64,000 nucleotides of DNA, from NCBI GenBank assembly GCA_964016885.1, contig OZ024741.1, positions 166,098,001 to 166,162,000 on the forward strand. Direction: 5' to 3'. The notes beneath the pieces are model-generated. The model saw nothing but the letters and a program-made list of their open reading frames with translations. It was not told the origin of the DNA and did not search any database. This DNA is from Eledone cirrhosa (lineage: Eukaryota). The position numbers were made by a program, and so were the translations under genes. Shown one piece after another: positions 40,678-54,663 of the stretch. The stretch's first letter is position 1. Every line of letters begins with the position of its first letter.

Positions 40678-41745
40678 ATACTTTGGGAGGGTCATGTTGC
40701 CAATAAGAAACACACGCACCAGTTGCTTTCACCTCAATTTATTATAATACATTTATAAATTTAGGAATTTATAAATTTCCGGTTGGTTGGTTGGTTCCAC
40801 AACCAGATGATTGTTTATATATTGTCAAAGCTCTTTTGTCACACATTCTGTGACCTCTTCAGTGACTGGGGATTCTTTTCTTTGTTTTTGTGCCTCTCCT
40901 TTGTTCTGTCCTACGCCATCTTGTTTTTGTGTGTGTTGTGTGCTTAGTTTGCGCATGTGTTACATCCGGGTGTCTGTGTGTGTTTATATTTGTTTATTTA
41001 TTTGTTTATTTACATGTTACTGGTTGGTTGTTTGTTCTATGTGTGTGTGTGTTTTGACCTTAATTGTAAGTTGTGATGTTGCTGTTCCATTCATGTTTTC
41101 TATTTAATTTTGGTTGGAGTTCAATCTGTGATTTGTCTAAACATTGCGTCTTTTCTCTGTGTAGATTCTATTTTTATTTCCATGTTCTCTAATTTACCCT
41201 TATGTTCTATTTTAGCATGTTGGTAGAGTACAGATGATTCTTTACTATCTTAAAGGTCTCGGCAGTGTTCATTTATCTGTTTTCTATAAATGAACTCCAA
41301 CCAAAATTAAATGGAAAACATGAATGGAACAGCAACATCACAACTTACAATTAAGGACAAAATGAAAACACACACGCACATAGAACAAACAACCAACCAG
41401 TAACATGTAAATAAACAAATAAATAAACAAATATAAACACACTCAGACACCCGGATGTAACACATGCGCAAACTAAGCACACAACACACACAAAAACAAG
41501 ATGGCGTAGGACAGAACAAAGGAGAGGCACAAAAACAAAGAAAAGAATCCCAGTCACTGAAGAGGTCACAGAATGTGTGACGAAAGAACTTTGACAATAT
41601 ATAAACAATCATCTGGTTGTGGAACCAACCAACAAACCGGAAATTTATAAATTCCTAAATTTATATATTTATTATAATAAATTGAAGTGAAAGCAACTGG
41701 TGCGTGTGTTTCTTATTGGCAACATGACCCCCCCAAAGTATAACA
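40674..41745. mobile_element. Foldback element with ~450-bp TIRs, TGT...ACA ends, ATAT TSD
   Basis: 40674-41122 is the reverse complement of ~41291-41745; ATAT at 40670-40673 and 41746-41749. Confidence 0.88.
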
Positions 41746-41815
41746 ATATCGGTTTCAACACACGTTTTCAGATAAAGAATCTTGCTAAACAAATTCAGAA
41801 ACGAAATATATATAT

Positions 41816-41890
<75 letters not shown>

Positions 41891-41893
<3 letters not shown>

Positions 41894-42680
41894 GTTTTCG
41901 ATGTAGCTCATTAAACTAAACAAAGTAAATTTGAATACGTAGAAGAAAAACATACTTTATGTAAACATGAAAACTTTAGGCACTATTCCAGCGAAATAAT
42001 TAATATGTGAGCTCGGTGTCATCCGTTATACCATGTAACAACACAAATCCAGTCTAGGTATAAATTTTTTTGACAACAGTAAAAGCGCATCATGATATAG
42101 GGAAGTGAATAATAGACAAAGCATAATATTGTAAAAGTTATGACATCACTTAATGTATGAACATCAAGCTTGAAACGATAAATTATACAATGTCAAATCT
42201 ATAACTTAACTTAGTAATCTGTGAGAAATTGGTTGTGAAATATACAGAATGATATTGTTAGTCTCAAGGAAGCTTACCTTTTGTTTCAAGTACAAAGAGT
42301 AAATTAAAATCTGAATGAGCCGAATTACGAAAGATAACTCTTGTCTTACTTAAAGATAATTCTTGTCTTACTTAAAGATAACTCTTGTCTTACTTAAAGA
42401 TAACTCTTGTCTTACTTAAAGATAACTCTTGTCTTACTTAAAGGTAACTCTTGTCTTACTTAATCACGAAAATTGACACAAATAACCGAAACTTTTTTAA
42501 TGTCTCCAAAGGCCCCAATATCGATTTTTGAAAGCCTTTGTAGATCATGTACAGGCTTTGTGCAAGGAGAAGCTCTGTAAAATATTTCAAAGAAATCGCA
42601 TGATTGGTTTATGAACCCTCATTAAAAATTGTTCACACACATACACACACATACAGAAAACTTCGTCTTTATATATATAC
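41891..42680 (-). mobile_element. Non-autonomous Helitron (family of 11881-12504), 3' end lost, internal 22-bp tandem expansion
   Basis: Reverse-complement homology; AAAGATAACTCTTGTCTTACTT tandem at ~42330-42462. Confidence 0.82.
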
Positions 42681-43445
42681 ATACACATATATATTCTTGT
42701 GTGTGTGTGTGTGTGTGTGTGCGTGCGCGCGTGTGTGTATTTGTACCTATACACGAACCCAATGACTGTGTATATGTTCTAGCACATTCCAGGGGCGGTG
42801 GAAGCATTTCTGAATGGGGAAGGCGGGGGCGGCAAGTTGGGTCAATTTAGTTACAGTGATTATTTTAGCTCTTTGCACTCTAAAATGATCAGAAAATTCC
42901 GATATGCGATAAACATAACATGTACATAAATTGTAGCGATATCCAAATGCATGTGTGTTTTGGTAGTTTATAAATACAATTCCCAGTTCTACCGCCACTT
43001 TATATATATATATATATAGTAGAATGATCGAGAATCGGAATATCGGCCCAGAAAATCACGATAAACAATATCCGACATGTGTGGCAGAGGGCTCAATAGT
43101 TTGGATAAACCAGAGCTATAACTATCGTTAAAATACCAACACACAGAGATCATGCCTAAAATCACCCGTGCAGCCGAAAAAGAACGACCAGGAAGATTCG
43201 GGTCACTCAAATAAAATATCAATAAATTAATAAATTAAATGAATGTAAAAAACTCACTCGGACCCGCTAGAAAGATGTTAAAATCTAGCTTCTTGGGTTT
43301 CTGCAATTCCTTAATCAAATCACTATCAGCCCACAATCCTAAGCGGTTAATATATCGAGCTTCTTCGCATTTGGTAAGAAACTGGTATTATACCCAATTT
43401 ATTCACCTCCTATATAAACACACATTAATTTATTATGGCTATTGG

Positions 43446-43549
43446 TGAGATTTGTTACTCTAAAGTTTCACCTGCGCACTCACAGGATCACCAGTCTTGT
43501 CTGATGATCCTGTGTGTACCCACATGAGACTCCAGAGTAACATATCTCA
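43446..43549. repeat. Imperfect hairpin of two inverted hammerhead-like cores
   Basis: Plus CTGATGA-TCCTGTG..GAGACTCCAGAGTAAC; minus CTGGTGA-TCCTG..CAGGT-GAAACTTTAGAGTAAC. Confidence 0.6.
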
Positions 43550-43599
43550 TTACTTAGCTATGATAAATGAATATTTAAATTGCTTAGGTATTGGGACCC

Positions 43600-44430
43600 T
43601 AGAGTACTACCAAACTCTCCTCTTCTCTATGTCTATCACAAAAGCGCTCTTTTAATCCCCCTCTCTGTATCTACTAAAACCAACTCTCTCCTCTCTATAT
43701 CTACCACGACACCGACGCTCTTATCCCCCTCTCTATCTAACACTAATACGCTCATCCCTCTCAATTAATACCTACACTCATCTCTCCCAATACTCCTCTC
43801 TATACCAATCACCGCTAAACTCTCCCCTTTCTATATCTACTACATGACATTTTCCCATTATCCCTCTTTATATATCTACAACCACCCTCTCTATATCTAA
43901 CATACAAAATACTCTCCCAATCTCCCTTTTTATATCAATCATCTACAAAATCTCTCCCACCCCCCGCAATCTCTTTCACAACCTGTCCTAATCATTCTCT
44001 CTCTATCCATCACGACAATGCCTCATCCAGTCCCCTCTATGTATTTAGCAATATGCATCTCTTCTAACTCCCGCATTATATCTACAAGCTTTGAAATCTA
44101 CCTCTCTCTATGTCAATTACCACCAAACTATCCCCCTCTCTATATCTACCATACAACACTCTCTCATTCGCTCTCACTCTATTCATTACCACCAAACTCT
44201 CGCCCCTCTTCATCAACTATACAAAACTCTCTCCCAATCCCCCTCTCCATATCAATTAACACCAAACTCTCCCCTCTCTATATCTACTACGCGGAATTCT
44301 CTTCCAAAACACCTCTCTATATCAATTAACTCCCCTTCTCTATATCCATCACTACCAAACTCCCCCCCTCTCTATATCAATTAACTCTAAACTCTCCCCC
44401 TCTCTATATCTATATCGATCTTTCTCATCT
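43600..44430. repeat. Degenerate C/T-rich tandem repeat (CTCTATATCTAC / AAACTCTCCC motifs)
   Basis: Motifs recur about every 35-45 bp. Confidence 0.7.
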
Positions 44431-44439
44431 ATTTCTTCA

Positions 44440-47560
<3,121 letters not shown>

Positions 47561-47893
47561 ATACCCAATGGCTGTGTATGTGTTCTAGAACATTCAGATG
47601 GAGGGAACTACAGCGTATAGTTGACTGACTGGTTGAGGTTGAGATTGAGAAAGAAATAGCGCAGCCCGCGCCTTTTCTGTTCTTTTTTGACCGCTCTCAC
47701 GCTAGCTTTTCCATCTCGCTACATAAATCTTTTGTTACACCCTTCAATGCACCTGCGACCATGAATATAAACGAGAATTTCTAGACAGAATACAAAAGAT
47801 GTAGCACTTGCAACGGATGATGCTCTCTCTTTTATTTTACACCCTATGAGAAAGTAGCGTTTCACATAATTAGATAGATACCTGATCTCACCA

Positions 47894-47954
<61 letters not shown>

Positions 47955-48016
47955 ACGTGTACACATATATACGTAAATGTATATAAATATAAATATGTAT
48001 ATATATGTATATATAT

Positions 48017-48053
<37 letters not shown>

Positions 48054-48055
48054 TG

Positions 48056-48184
<129 letters not shown>

Positions 48185-48600
48185 ATATCAACATCATTCT
48201 AAAAAATATTGCCTGTACAGGTAATCAAACTGCGTATACATTTTGGGGGGAATATACTGTATATATACATACACACGCACGCACGCACACTCATTAATGT
48301 AATGTATATATATATATGTGTATATCTCTCTCACTATATATATATATATATTACTATGTTAATGTTATTATTATTATTATTATTATTGAATGCCATGGTT
48401 GACGGAGGCTCGGCTCTGTAAGGTATAGTAATTTTTAACCGTTAAAACAATTGTAAATTGTTTAAAACTTGAACCAAATTGTTGATAAAGACACCCTCCT
48501 CCTCGTGAGAGGGGTCTTTCTGTCCGTTATTTGGCCCTTCGGGGTTAAATAACCAGTTATTGGGGTTTTGTACCCAAAATTTCATTTTAAACAAAAAAAC

Positions 48601-50706
48601 ATGGCTACCAAAAAGAAATTTCATACGTCACTCCCACTCATTCCGTCTTCTTCTTCCTCAATCATCACTACAGCAGAGAGAAGATTGTCTCTCTCCCTCC
48701 CTTCTTTAAATGTGTCTCTCTCCCTCCCTTCTCTTTCGCAAGCGACGAAAGAAAAGAAAAGTCTCGTGCAAAGCGTGCAAGGTTTCTCCACGACGACGAC
48801 GACAGCGACGAAACAGGTGTGCGGGAAATACGAAAACCCAGTTCATTCGTCTGACGTCAGGAATAATAGCAGTAGCAGCCGTAATAACAACAGCAACAGT
48901 GACAATGAAAACAACAGTAGCAGCCGCAACAGCATCACCAGCAGCATAAACAACAACAGCATAAACAACAACAGCATTAGCAGCAACACCAACAACAACC
49001 ACAGCAACAGCGGCGGAGGCAGTAGTCGTAGTACCTGCAGCAACAAAAGTACCAGCAGCTCTGACGACAACAACAACAGCAGAGAAAAACCAATCTCATT
49101 TGCAGGTATTGCGAAAAACTTGGAAACAATCCTCATAACAAATGAGGAATTAGAGGAAGCGAAGAAGATGGTGACAAAGAACGGACACCGAGCAATCTGC
49201 AAGGCAGCGAAAAATTTTTTCGAAACCCAAGAGCACTGTACGGTCACGTACCGTACAGTAAGTACAAAATCCCGTAGGGTGGAAAGAGCCACAGAGGCCC
49301 AAATACAAAAAGCCTTGGGGTCTGTGTGGCAGAGGAAAACGCACATCACCCGAGGCAAAAAATACGCCACCGTAGACGTACTTTTTGCCACACCCCAGGA
49401 GGCAAAGGCCCAATCAGTAGTGACCCTAAGGAGCGAGGAAATGGTGTTGGTGCCCTCCTACTGCGGGCAAAAAATTGTGAGGGTCAAACTGACCCACGTC
49501 CCCCCCGGAATGACCCCTTCTTGGCTGGCCGCGTCTGTCCTCGTCGGAATCGAGGACAAAACAACTGTACTGCAAGTACAGAAAAAAGTAAGAGAAGATT
49601 GGGTCGGCTCCTCCATTGAGATGCTAATCCAAACCAACCAGGAGTGCATCGAAGCTATCCCGGATGTGATAGACTTCGATAACGGCACTCAACTGCCCAT
49701 AAGTGTTGAGGGCAAACGCCCGAAATGCTTTCGCTGTGGATCGAAGACTCACCTCAGGGCCTTCTGCAACGAGAAGACCCTGAGAAAGGAGAAAACCCCC
49801 CTCCTTCCGAATCCGGCTCCACGGCTACCAGCAACAGGACAAGCGGCAACCAGGAACGATAGGTCCGTGGCACCCATACCCACTCCACGGAAATCAAAGA
49901 CAGCAGCAGCAGTGGAAATATTAACAACAACAACAGCAATACCAAATGCAGCTGCAACAGAGACTCCAGTGCAAACATCACCAACAACAACAAGTGAAAG
50001 AGTGGAGCTGGTACCCCTCCCCGACCTTACAGAATCAGACATGGAGTGTGAGGTGGGAGAGGGATGGCAAAAGGTCGCAAGAAGGCACAAACGCAGAAGC
50101 AGCGCATCGTCGCCTTTGAAAAGGGAGGAAAGAAATGAGAAAAGGGTAAAGTCTACTGCAAAGAGACCCACAGCAGCAACACCACCAACACCATCACCAC
50201 CCACACCAGCACCACCATCACCACCGGCGACAACCCCACCGCCAACAATACCTTCAACACCACCACCACAAGCACCAACATCGCAAACACAACAACAAAA
50301 CACACACACCCAGCAACAACGACAAGAAAATAGCAGAACCACACCCCACCCCCAGAAAAACAAATGCACGGCAATAAACACACACAACAAGAAACTAATG
50401 ACTTACATAATTGAACACACAGACATTTCACAACAGGACTACATAATACCAGCACCAATCAAAACGCCTACTAACATAAGACTGCTAAAAATAGCACAGA
50501 AACAATACACAAACATTAAAACGAAATTCCCCAACGCAGTTGGTGATTTCAGGGACCTAGGAGGAACCATCAATCGAAGAGTATATTCAGACATTCTCTT
50601 AGAAGAGCCGACGACCAGCCGAAGGGACGATTCAACGGTCCCTTCACCAGACGATCAAGTGAAAAGGGATGTAAAAACCATCCCTCCTCTACCAAAAGTA
50701 CGGTAA
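48601..50706 (+). CDS. Tx1 family B ORF1p (intact), CCHC knuckle
   Basis: ATG 48601; VEGKRPKCFRCGSKTHLRAFC; homologous to family A ORF1. Confidence 0.87.
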   Translation: MATKKKFHTSLPLIPSSSSSIITTAERRLSLSLPSLNVSLSLPSLSQATKEKKSLVQSVQGFSTTTTTATKQVCGKYENPVHSSDVRNNSSSSRNNNSNSDNENNSSSRNSITSSINNNSINNNSISSNTNNNHSNSGGGSSRSTCSNKSTSSSDDNNNSREKPISFAGIAKNLETILITNEELEEAKKMVTKNGHRAICKAAKNFFETQEHCTVTYRTVSTKSRRVERATEAQIQKALGSVWQRKTHITRGKKYATVDVLFATPQEAKAQSVVTLRSEEMVLVPSYCGQKIVRVKLTHVPPGMTPSWLAASVLVGIEDKTTVLQVQKKVREDWVGSSIEMLIQTNQECIEAIPDVIDFDNGTQLPISVEGKRPKCFRCGSKTHLRAFCNEKTLRKEKTPLLPNPAPRLPATGQAATRNDRSVAPIPTPRKSKTAAAVEILTTTTAIPNAAATETPVQTSPTTTSERVELVPLPDLTESDMECEVGEGWQKVARRHKRRSSASSPLKREERNEKRVKSTAKRPTAATPPTPSPPTPAPPSPPATTPPPTIPSTPPPQAPTSQTQQQNTHTQQQRQENSRTTPHPQKNKCTAINTHNKKLMTYIIEHTDISQQDYIIPAPIKTPTNIRLLKIAQKQYTNIKTKFPNAVGDFRDLGGTINRRVYSDILLEEPTTSRRDDSTVPSPDDQVKRDVKTIPPLPKVR

Positions 50707-50741
50707 GTGGTCTTTCCCATCTTTTCCACTCTATTTTAAAC

Positions 50742-53700
50742 ATGACCTCACTCAGAATAGGCAGCATAAATGCGCGTGGCTTGGGGTCGTCATGGAAGCA
50801 GGGTCACCTGCTCAACGACCTCAGGTCACTAAACATAGATGTAGTGGCCATCAGCGAGACCAGAATCTCCGAAGCACGGGCCTTCGCACCGATCTTCGGC
50901 GGCTACGATGTGTACGCATCTCCCAGCCGTCCTGGATCCGGTGGAGGAGTTGCTGTACTTTTTCGGAGAGGTTTGGATCTCGCCATACGGGCCATCTTCC
51001 TGGACCCAGTGGGTAAGCTGGTGGTGCTGGACGTGACCAGCGGAGACGGGCAAGCTTTCAGGCTAGTGGCCGTCTATGCCCCGACAGGAGCAGGGCGGCC
51101 TGATTTCTTCCGGCGTCTGGAGACCTTTCTTGGAACGTCCCGCTCTTTAGTGTTAGTGGGCGACTGGAACGGGATCTTAGATGCACGCTGGGACTGTGTG
51201 GGATTAGCGGATAGGGGTGGAGGGTGCAAGAGCCTCACCAACCTGCTCAGGCGTTTTGAACTGTCTGACAGGTACCGATTGGATTTCCCGAATGTGCCAA
51301 TGTGGACTTGGACAAACCGCATAGGGTCATCCAGATCATATCTAGATAGAGTATTTTGTAGGGAAATAGATAGGTCTAGCATAGGCTGTCCACAATTCAA
51401 GATAGTCAGCTACACGGACCACAAATTCGTGACCTGTGTGCTTGACTTAGATAGGCTTCATAGACGAGGACCCGGCTACTGGAAGCTAAACGCGTCCTTA
51501 CCAGCGCGCAAGGCCTACAGAGACCGGATTAGCGAACTAGTTAAGCGGGCGTTGACGGGGGCCATCGTCAACAACAAGTGGTGGTTTGCTCTGAAAAGAG
51601 CGATTAGAATAGAATCGATTAGGTTTAGTAAGGCTTTAGCAATAGAGAAAAATAGAGCAGAGGGAGAACTAGTTAGAAAATTAGACGAGGCGCTTAGCAA
51701 AGGCATTGCGACCGACGTGCTTGCGGCGAAATTGGCCCTTGACCAATTCTTCAATGCAAAGCACGAAGGCTGCGTTGTCAGAGCTAGGGTGCGTGCTCTC
51801 AGACACGAGGGGACGAAAGCCGTTCAATGGGCCCGAGTGGCGGAGGCGCGTCGTGGCAACAAAGCCACGATCCGGTCTTTGGTGGACCACGACGGGCGCA
51901 TGCTACTCGATCCCGGGCAAATGTGTGAAGCTTTTCAGCGACACTTCGCTCAGCTGTTCGGGGGCAGCGGGGGGCCGGGTAGAGGGATGGACTTTAGTGT
52001 CTACCTCGACGGACTGCCGCGGCTCTCGGCCACTGAGGCGAAGTGTTGCGAAAAGCCGATAACAGCCGCTGAAGTACGGGAGGCAATGACTGTCTGCACA
52101 AGGGGTAAATCGCCTGGTTTGGATGGTCTGCCCTATGAACTTTACGTACAGATGCCAGACTTGTTCGGAGGCCTCTTGGCGGACGTCTACTGCAACTGGC
52201 AACAGAACGGGAGAATTCCCAGTTCTGTGAGCCGAGGAGCGGTGGCACTGCTGAGAAAGGATCCGAACAAGGGGGATAACATAGACAATTTCCGGCCCAT
52301 AACTCTGCTAAACACAGAGTTTAAGATTTTGGCCAAGGTGCTAGCAAAGAGGTTGGCGCTTGTCGTTGGTGGTCTGGTGGGAGAGGCGCAGACATGCGCC
52401 ATTCCCGACAGATCCATCCACGACAACCTCCACCTCATGCGATACATCGTAGAGAGGGTAGCTAGGGAACCTGGCACGGGTGGGTCCTTGATCAATTTAG
52501 ATCAGTCGAAAGCTTTCGATAGGGTCGACCATCGTTACCTAGCGGCAGTCCTGAGGGCGGCTGGCTTTGGGCCCGTCTTCAGAGGCTGGATCGCTGCCAT
52601 GCACAGCGACATCTGCTCTGTGGTGAGAGTGAACGGTCACCTGTCGGAACCGTTCAACATCATGCGCTCGGTCCGCCAAGGATGTCCCCTCTCGTCCCTC
52701 TTGTACGTATTGACTCTCGAGCCATTACTGCACAAACTGGAGACGTTGAGGGGAGTCCCGCGCGAACTAGGATGCGGAAGATCCGTGTCAGCATATGCGG
52801 ACGATGTCACCGTAGTGGTGTCGAACGCCAAACACATCGAGGCGATCGGCACTACACTAAGAGAATACGAAGCGGTGACAGGAGCAATGATCAACCAGGA
52901 AAAGTCAGTGGGCCTGCAGCTCGGCACCTGGAGAGGCAGGTCCATGCCGTCCAACAGCGTCGTCGGGCGCTGGACGGACGGACCGGTTAAATTGCTAGGG
53001 GTCTGGTTCGGTCCGGACCTCCAGACGGACAAAAACTGGGACGAGGTGACGAGCAGGGTGGCTTCTCTCACCCAGAAATGGGCGGAGAGGAAGCTATCCC
53101 TGAAAGGTCGAGCGGAGGTGGCTAACGCGTACATCGCGTCTGTCATCTGCTACCGCCTAACCGTCGTACCTTGTCCTAAGCCTCGCCTGACTGCGCTGGA
53201 GCGTTTGCTCTTTCGCTTTTTGTGGAAGGGACGCGCTCCGATGGTCAGGCGGTCCATCTGTTGTCAACACCCGCTACGTGGAGGGCTGGGCATGCCGTGG
53301 CTGATGATGCGCAGGCACGCGCTCAGGCTACGACATCTCCACCTCTTCCTCGACGGTGATCAGGTGTGGTCGCCGTTTGCTAGACGCGTTTTTCCCCAGC
53401 TCGTTTCCTTGACGGAGCTGCAGTCCTGGGTCAAGCGAAGACCGAGAGGGAGCGCCTGGAGACTGGAATGTCTTCAGGCGCTCACAGCCCTCGACCAATC
53501 GGGCAATGTGATCGGTGGAAACTCCACCTCGGCGTTCTATAGAGGATTAGTGGAGGGGAAGAGCGACGACGTACTTGGGGAAACTCTAGGCGTCGACGAA
53601 AATCAACTAGCCAATCTCTTCGGAAGAACTTTCGGGCCAGGGCCTATGGACAACTTCCAGAAATCTCTGGCCTGGCAGTGCTACCGAGGAGCCTTGCCAG

Positions 53701-54047
53701 TTCGGGATAAACTCTACAGGCATGGAGGTGCCGTCAGCCGGGCATGTCCGAGATGCGCGCTGGGCGACGAAACCGTCCTGCACGCACTCGTCCAGTGTCC
53801 GAAAATTGCTGACTTGTGGGTTTATGTCGAACACCTGCTGTCGCGTTTAGGACGGATCCAGCTATCATCTGAGTCTATCGTGAGGATTGCCCCGCCCTCC
53901 TCCTTTAGCCGGGAAGGGCAGGCAGTTTTTATCTGTCTGGTGGCCATGGCGAAAGAGATAGTATGGTGGACACGTTTGAAAGGGCTGAAGACGAGCACTT
54001 ACCTCTTCGGTGATGCTCTGATTGACTTTTTTTCAAATTTCATTTGA
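50742..54047 (+). CDS. Tx1 family B ORF2p (APE-RT-CCHC); last ~43 aa out of frame
   Basis: INARGL, SETR, GDWNG, YLDRV, TDH, AYADD, CPRC..HALVQC; conserved C-terminus continues in another frame to TAA 54161-54163. Confidence 0.92.
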   Translation: MTSLRIGSINARGLGSSWKQGHLLNDLRSLNIDVVAISETRISEARAFAPIFGGYDVYASPSRPGSGGGVAVLFRRGLDLAIRAIFLDPVGKLVVLDVTSGDGQAFRLVAVYAPTGAGRPDFFRRLETFLGTSRSLVLVGDWNGILDARWDCVGLADRGGGCKSLTNLLRRFELSDRYRLDFPNVPMWTWTNRIGSSRSYLDRVFCREIDRSSIGCPQFKIVSYTDHKFVTCVLDLDRLHRRGPGYWKLNASLPARKAYRDRISELVKRALTGAIVNNKWWFALKRAIRIESIRFSKALAIEKNRAEGELVRKLDEALSKGIATDVLAAKLALDQFFNAKHEGCVVRARVRALRHEGTKAVQWARVAEARRGNKATIRSLVDHDGRMLLDPGQMCEAFQRHFAQLFGGSGGPGRGMDFSVYLDGLPRLSATEAKCCEKPITAAEVREAMTVCTRGKSPGLDGLPYELYVQMPDLFGGLLADVYCNWQQNGRIPSSVSRGAVALLRKDPNKGDNIDNFRPITLLNTEFKILAKVLAKRLALVVGGLVGEAQTCAIPDRSIHDNLHLMRYIVERVAREPGTGGSLINLDQSKAFDRVDHRYLAAVLRAAGFGPVFRGWIAAMHSDICSVVRVNGHLSEPFNIMRSVRQGCPLSSLLYVLTLEPLLHKLETLRGVPRELGCGRSVSAYADDVTVVVSNAKHIEAIGTTLREYEAVTGAMINQEKSVGLQLGTWRGRSMPSNSVVGRWTDGPVKLLGVWFGPDLQTDKNWDEVTSRVASLTQKWAERKLSLKGRAEVANAYIASVICYRLTVVPCPKPRLTALERLLFRFLWKGRAPMVRRSICCQHPLRGGLGMPWLMMRRHALRLRHLHLFLDGDQVWSPFARRVFPQLVSLTELQSWVKRRPRGSAWRLECLQALTALDQSGNVIGGNSTSAFYRGLVEGKSDDVLGETLGVDENQLANLFGRTFGPGPMDNFQKSLAWQCYRGALPVRDKLYRHGGAVSRACPRCALGDETVLHALVQCPKIADLWVYVEHLLSRLGRIQLSSESIVRIAPPSSFSREGQAVFICLVAMAKEIVWWTRLKGLKTSTYLFGDALIDFFSNFI

Positions 54048-54663
54048 AAAGGAAAATCAGAGTAGAGAAGGAAGTGCTCTCTTCCCAGCATTTTGTTGAA
54101 AGATGGGTGAGAGAAGCAAGAATGGCCCGAGTGAATGGGCCGACTCTGAGTATATATCTGTAAACTAAAGGTGGAAAACTGGGAGAGGGCACTTGCCTTG
54201 GTGGTCAGGGTCATTGTGGCTTTTTACTGGGCTTTCTCCACAAATGTCCCTCCGAAGTCTCCCCCCTATTGGGGAATTTTTCATTGTTATTTTCATTGTT
54301 ATTTTTGTTACATCCTCTGTTTTTGTTTTCTTTACACGCAGAAATGCCCATTTGTACCGTCCTGCATTGTCCTGCACTGTCCTTAATGTCTACTTTATGT
54401 AAACCCTTGTGGTTAATAAAGAAATCATTATTATTATTATTATTATTATTGAATGCCATGGTTGACGGAGGCTCGGCTCTGTAAGGTATAGTAATTTTTA
54501 ACCGTTAAAACAATTGTAAATTGTTTAAAACTTGAACCAAATTGTTGATAAAGACACCCTCCTCCTCGTGAGAGGGGTCTTTCTGTCCGTTATTTGGCCC
54601 TTCGGGGTTAAATAACCAGTTATTGGGGTTTTGTACCCAAAATTTCATTTTAAACAAAAAAAC

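Larger units (their letters stand above)
48388..54427 (+). mobile_element. Tx1-clade LINE family B, copy 1 (full length)
   Basis: Starts GAATGCCATGG after (TTA)7TT; ends AATAAAGAAATCA. Confidence 0.93.

Noticed and set aside
48388-48445. Spliced-leader-RNA-like motif (AAG|GTATAG then AATTTTT) at the LINE 5' end
   Set aside because: Sm-site match incomplete, no clear SL stem-loops; simpler as LINE 5' UTR
49749-50390. Antisense ORFs within Tx1 ORF1/ORF2
   Set aside because: Shadow frames of low-complexity or GC-rich coding sequence; repeated only because the copies are near-identical
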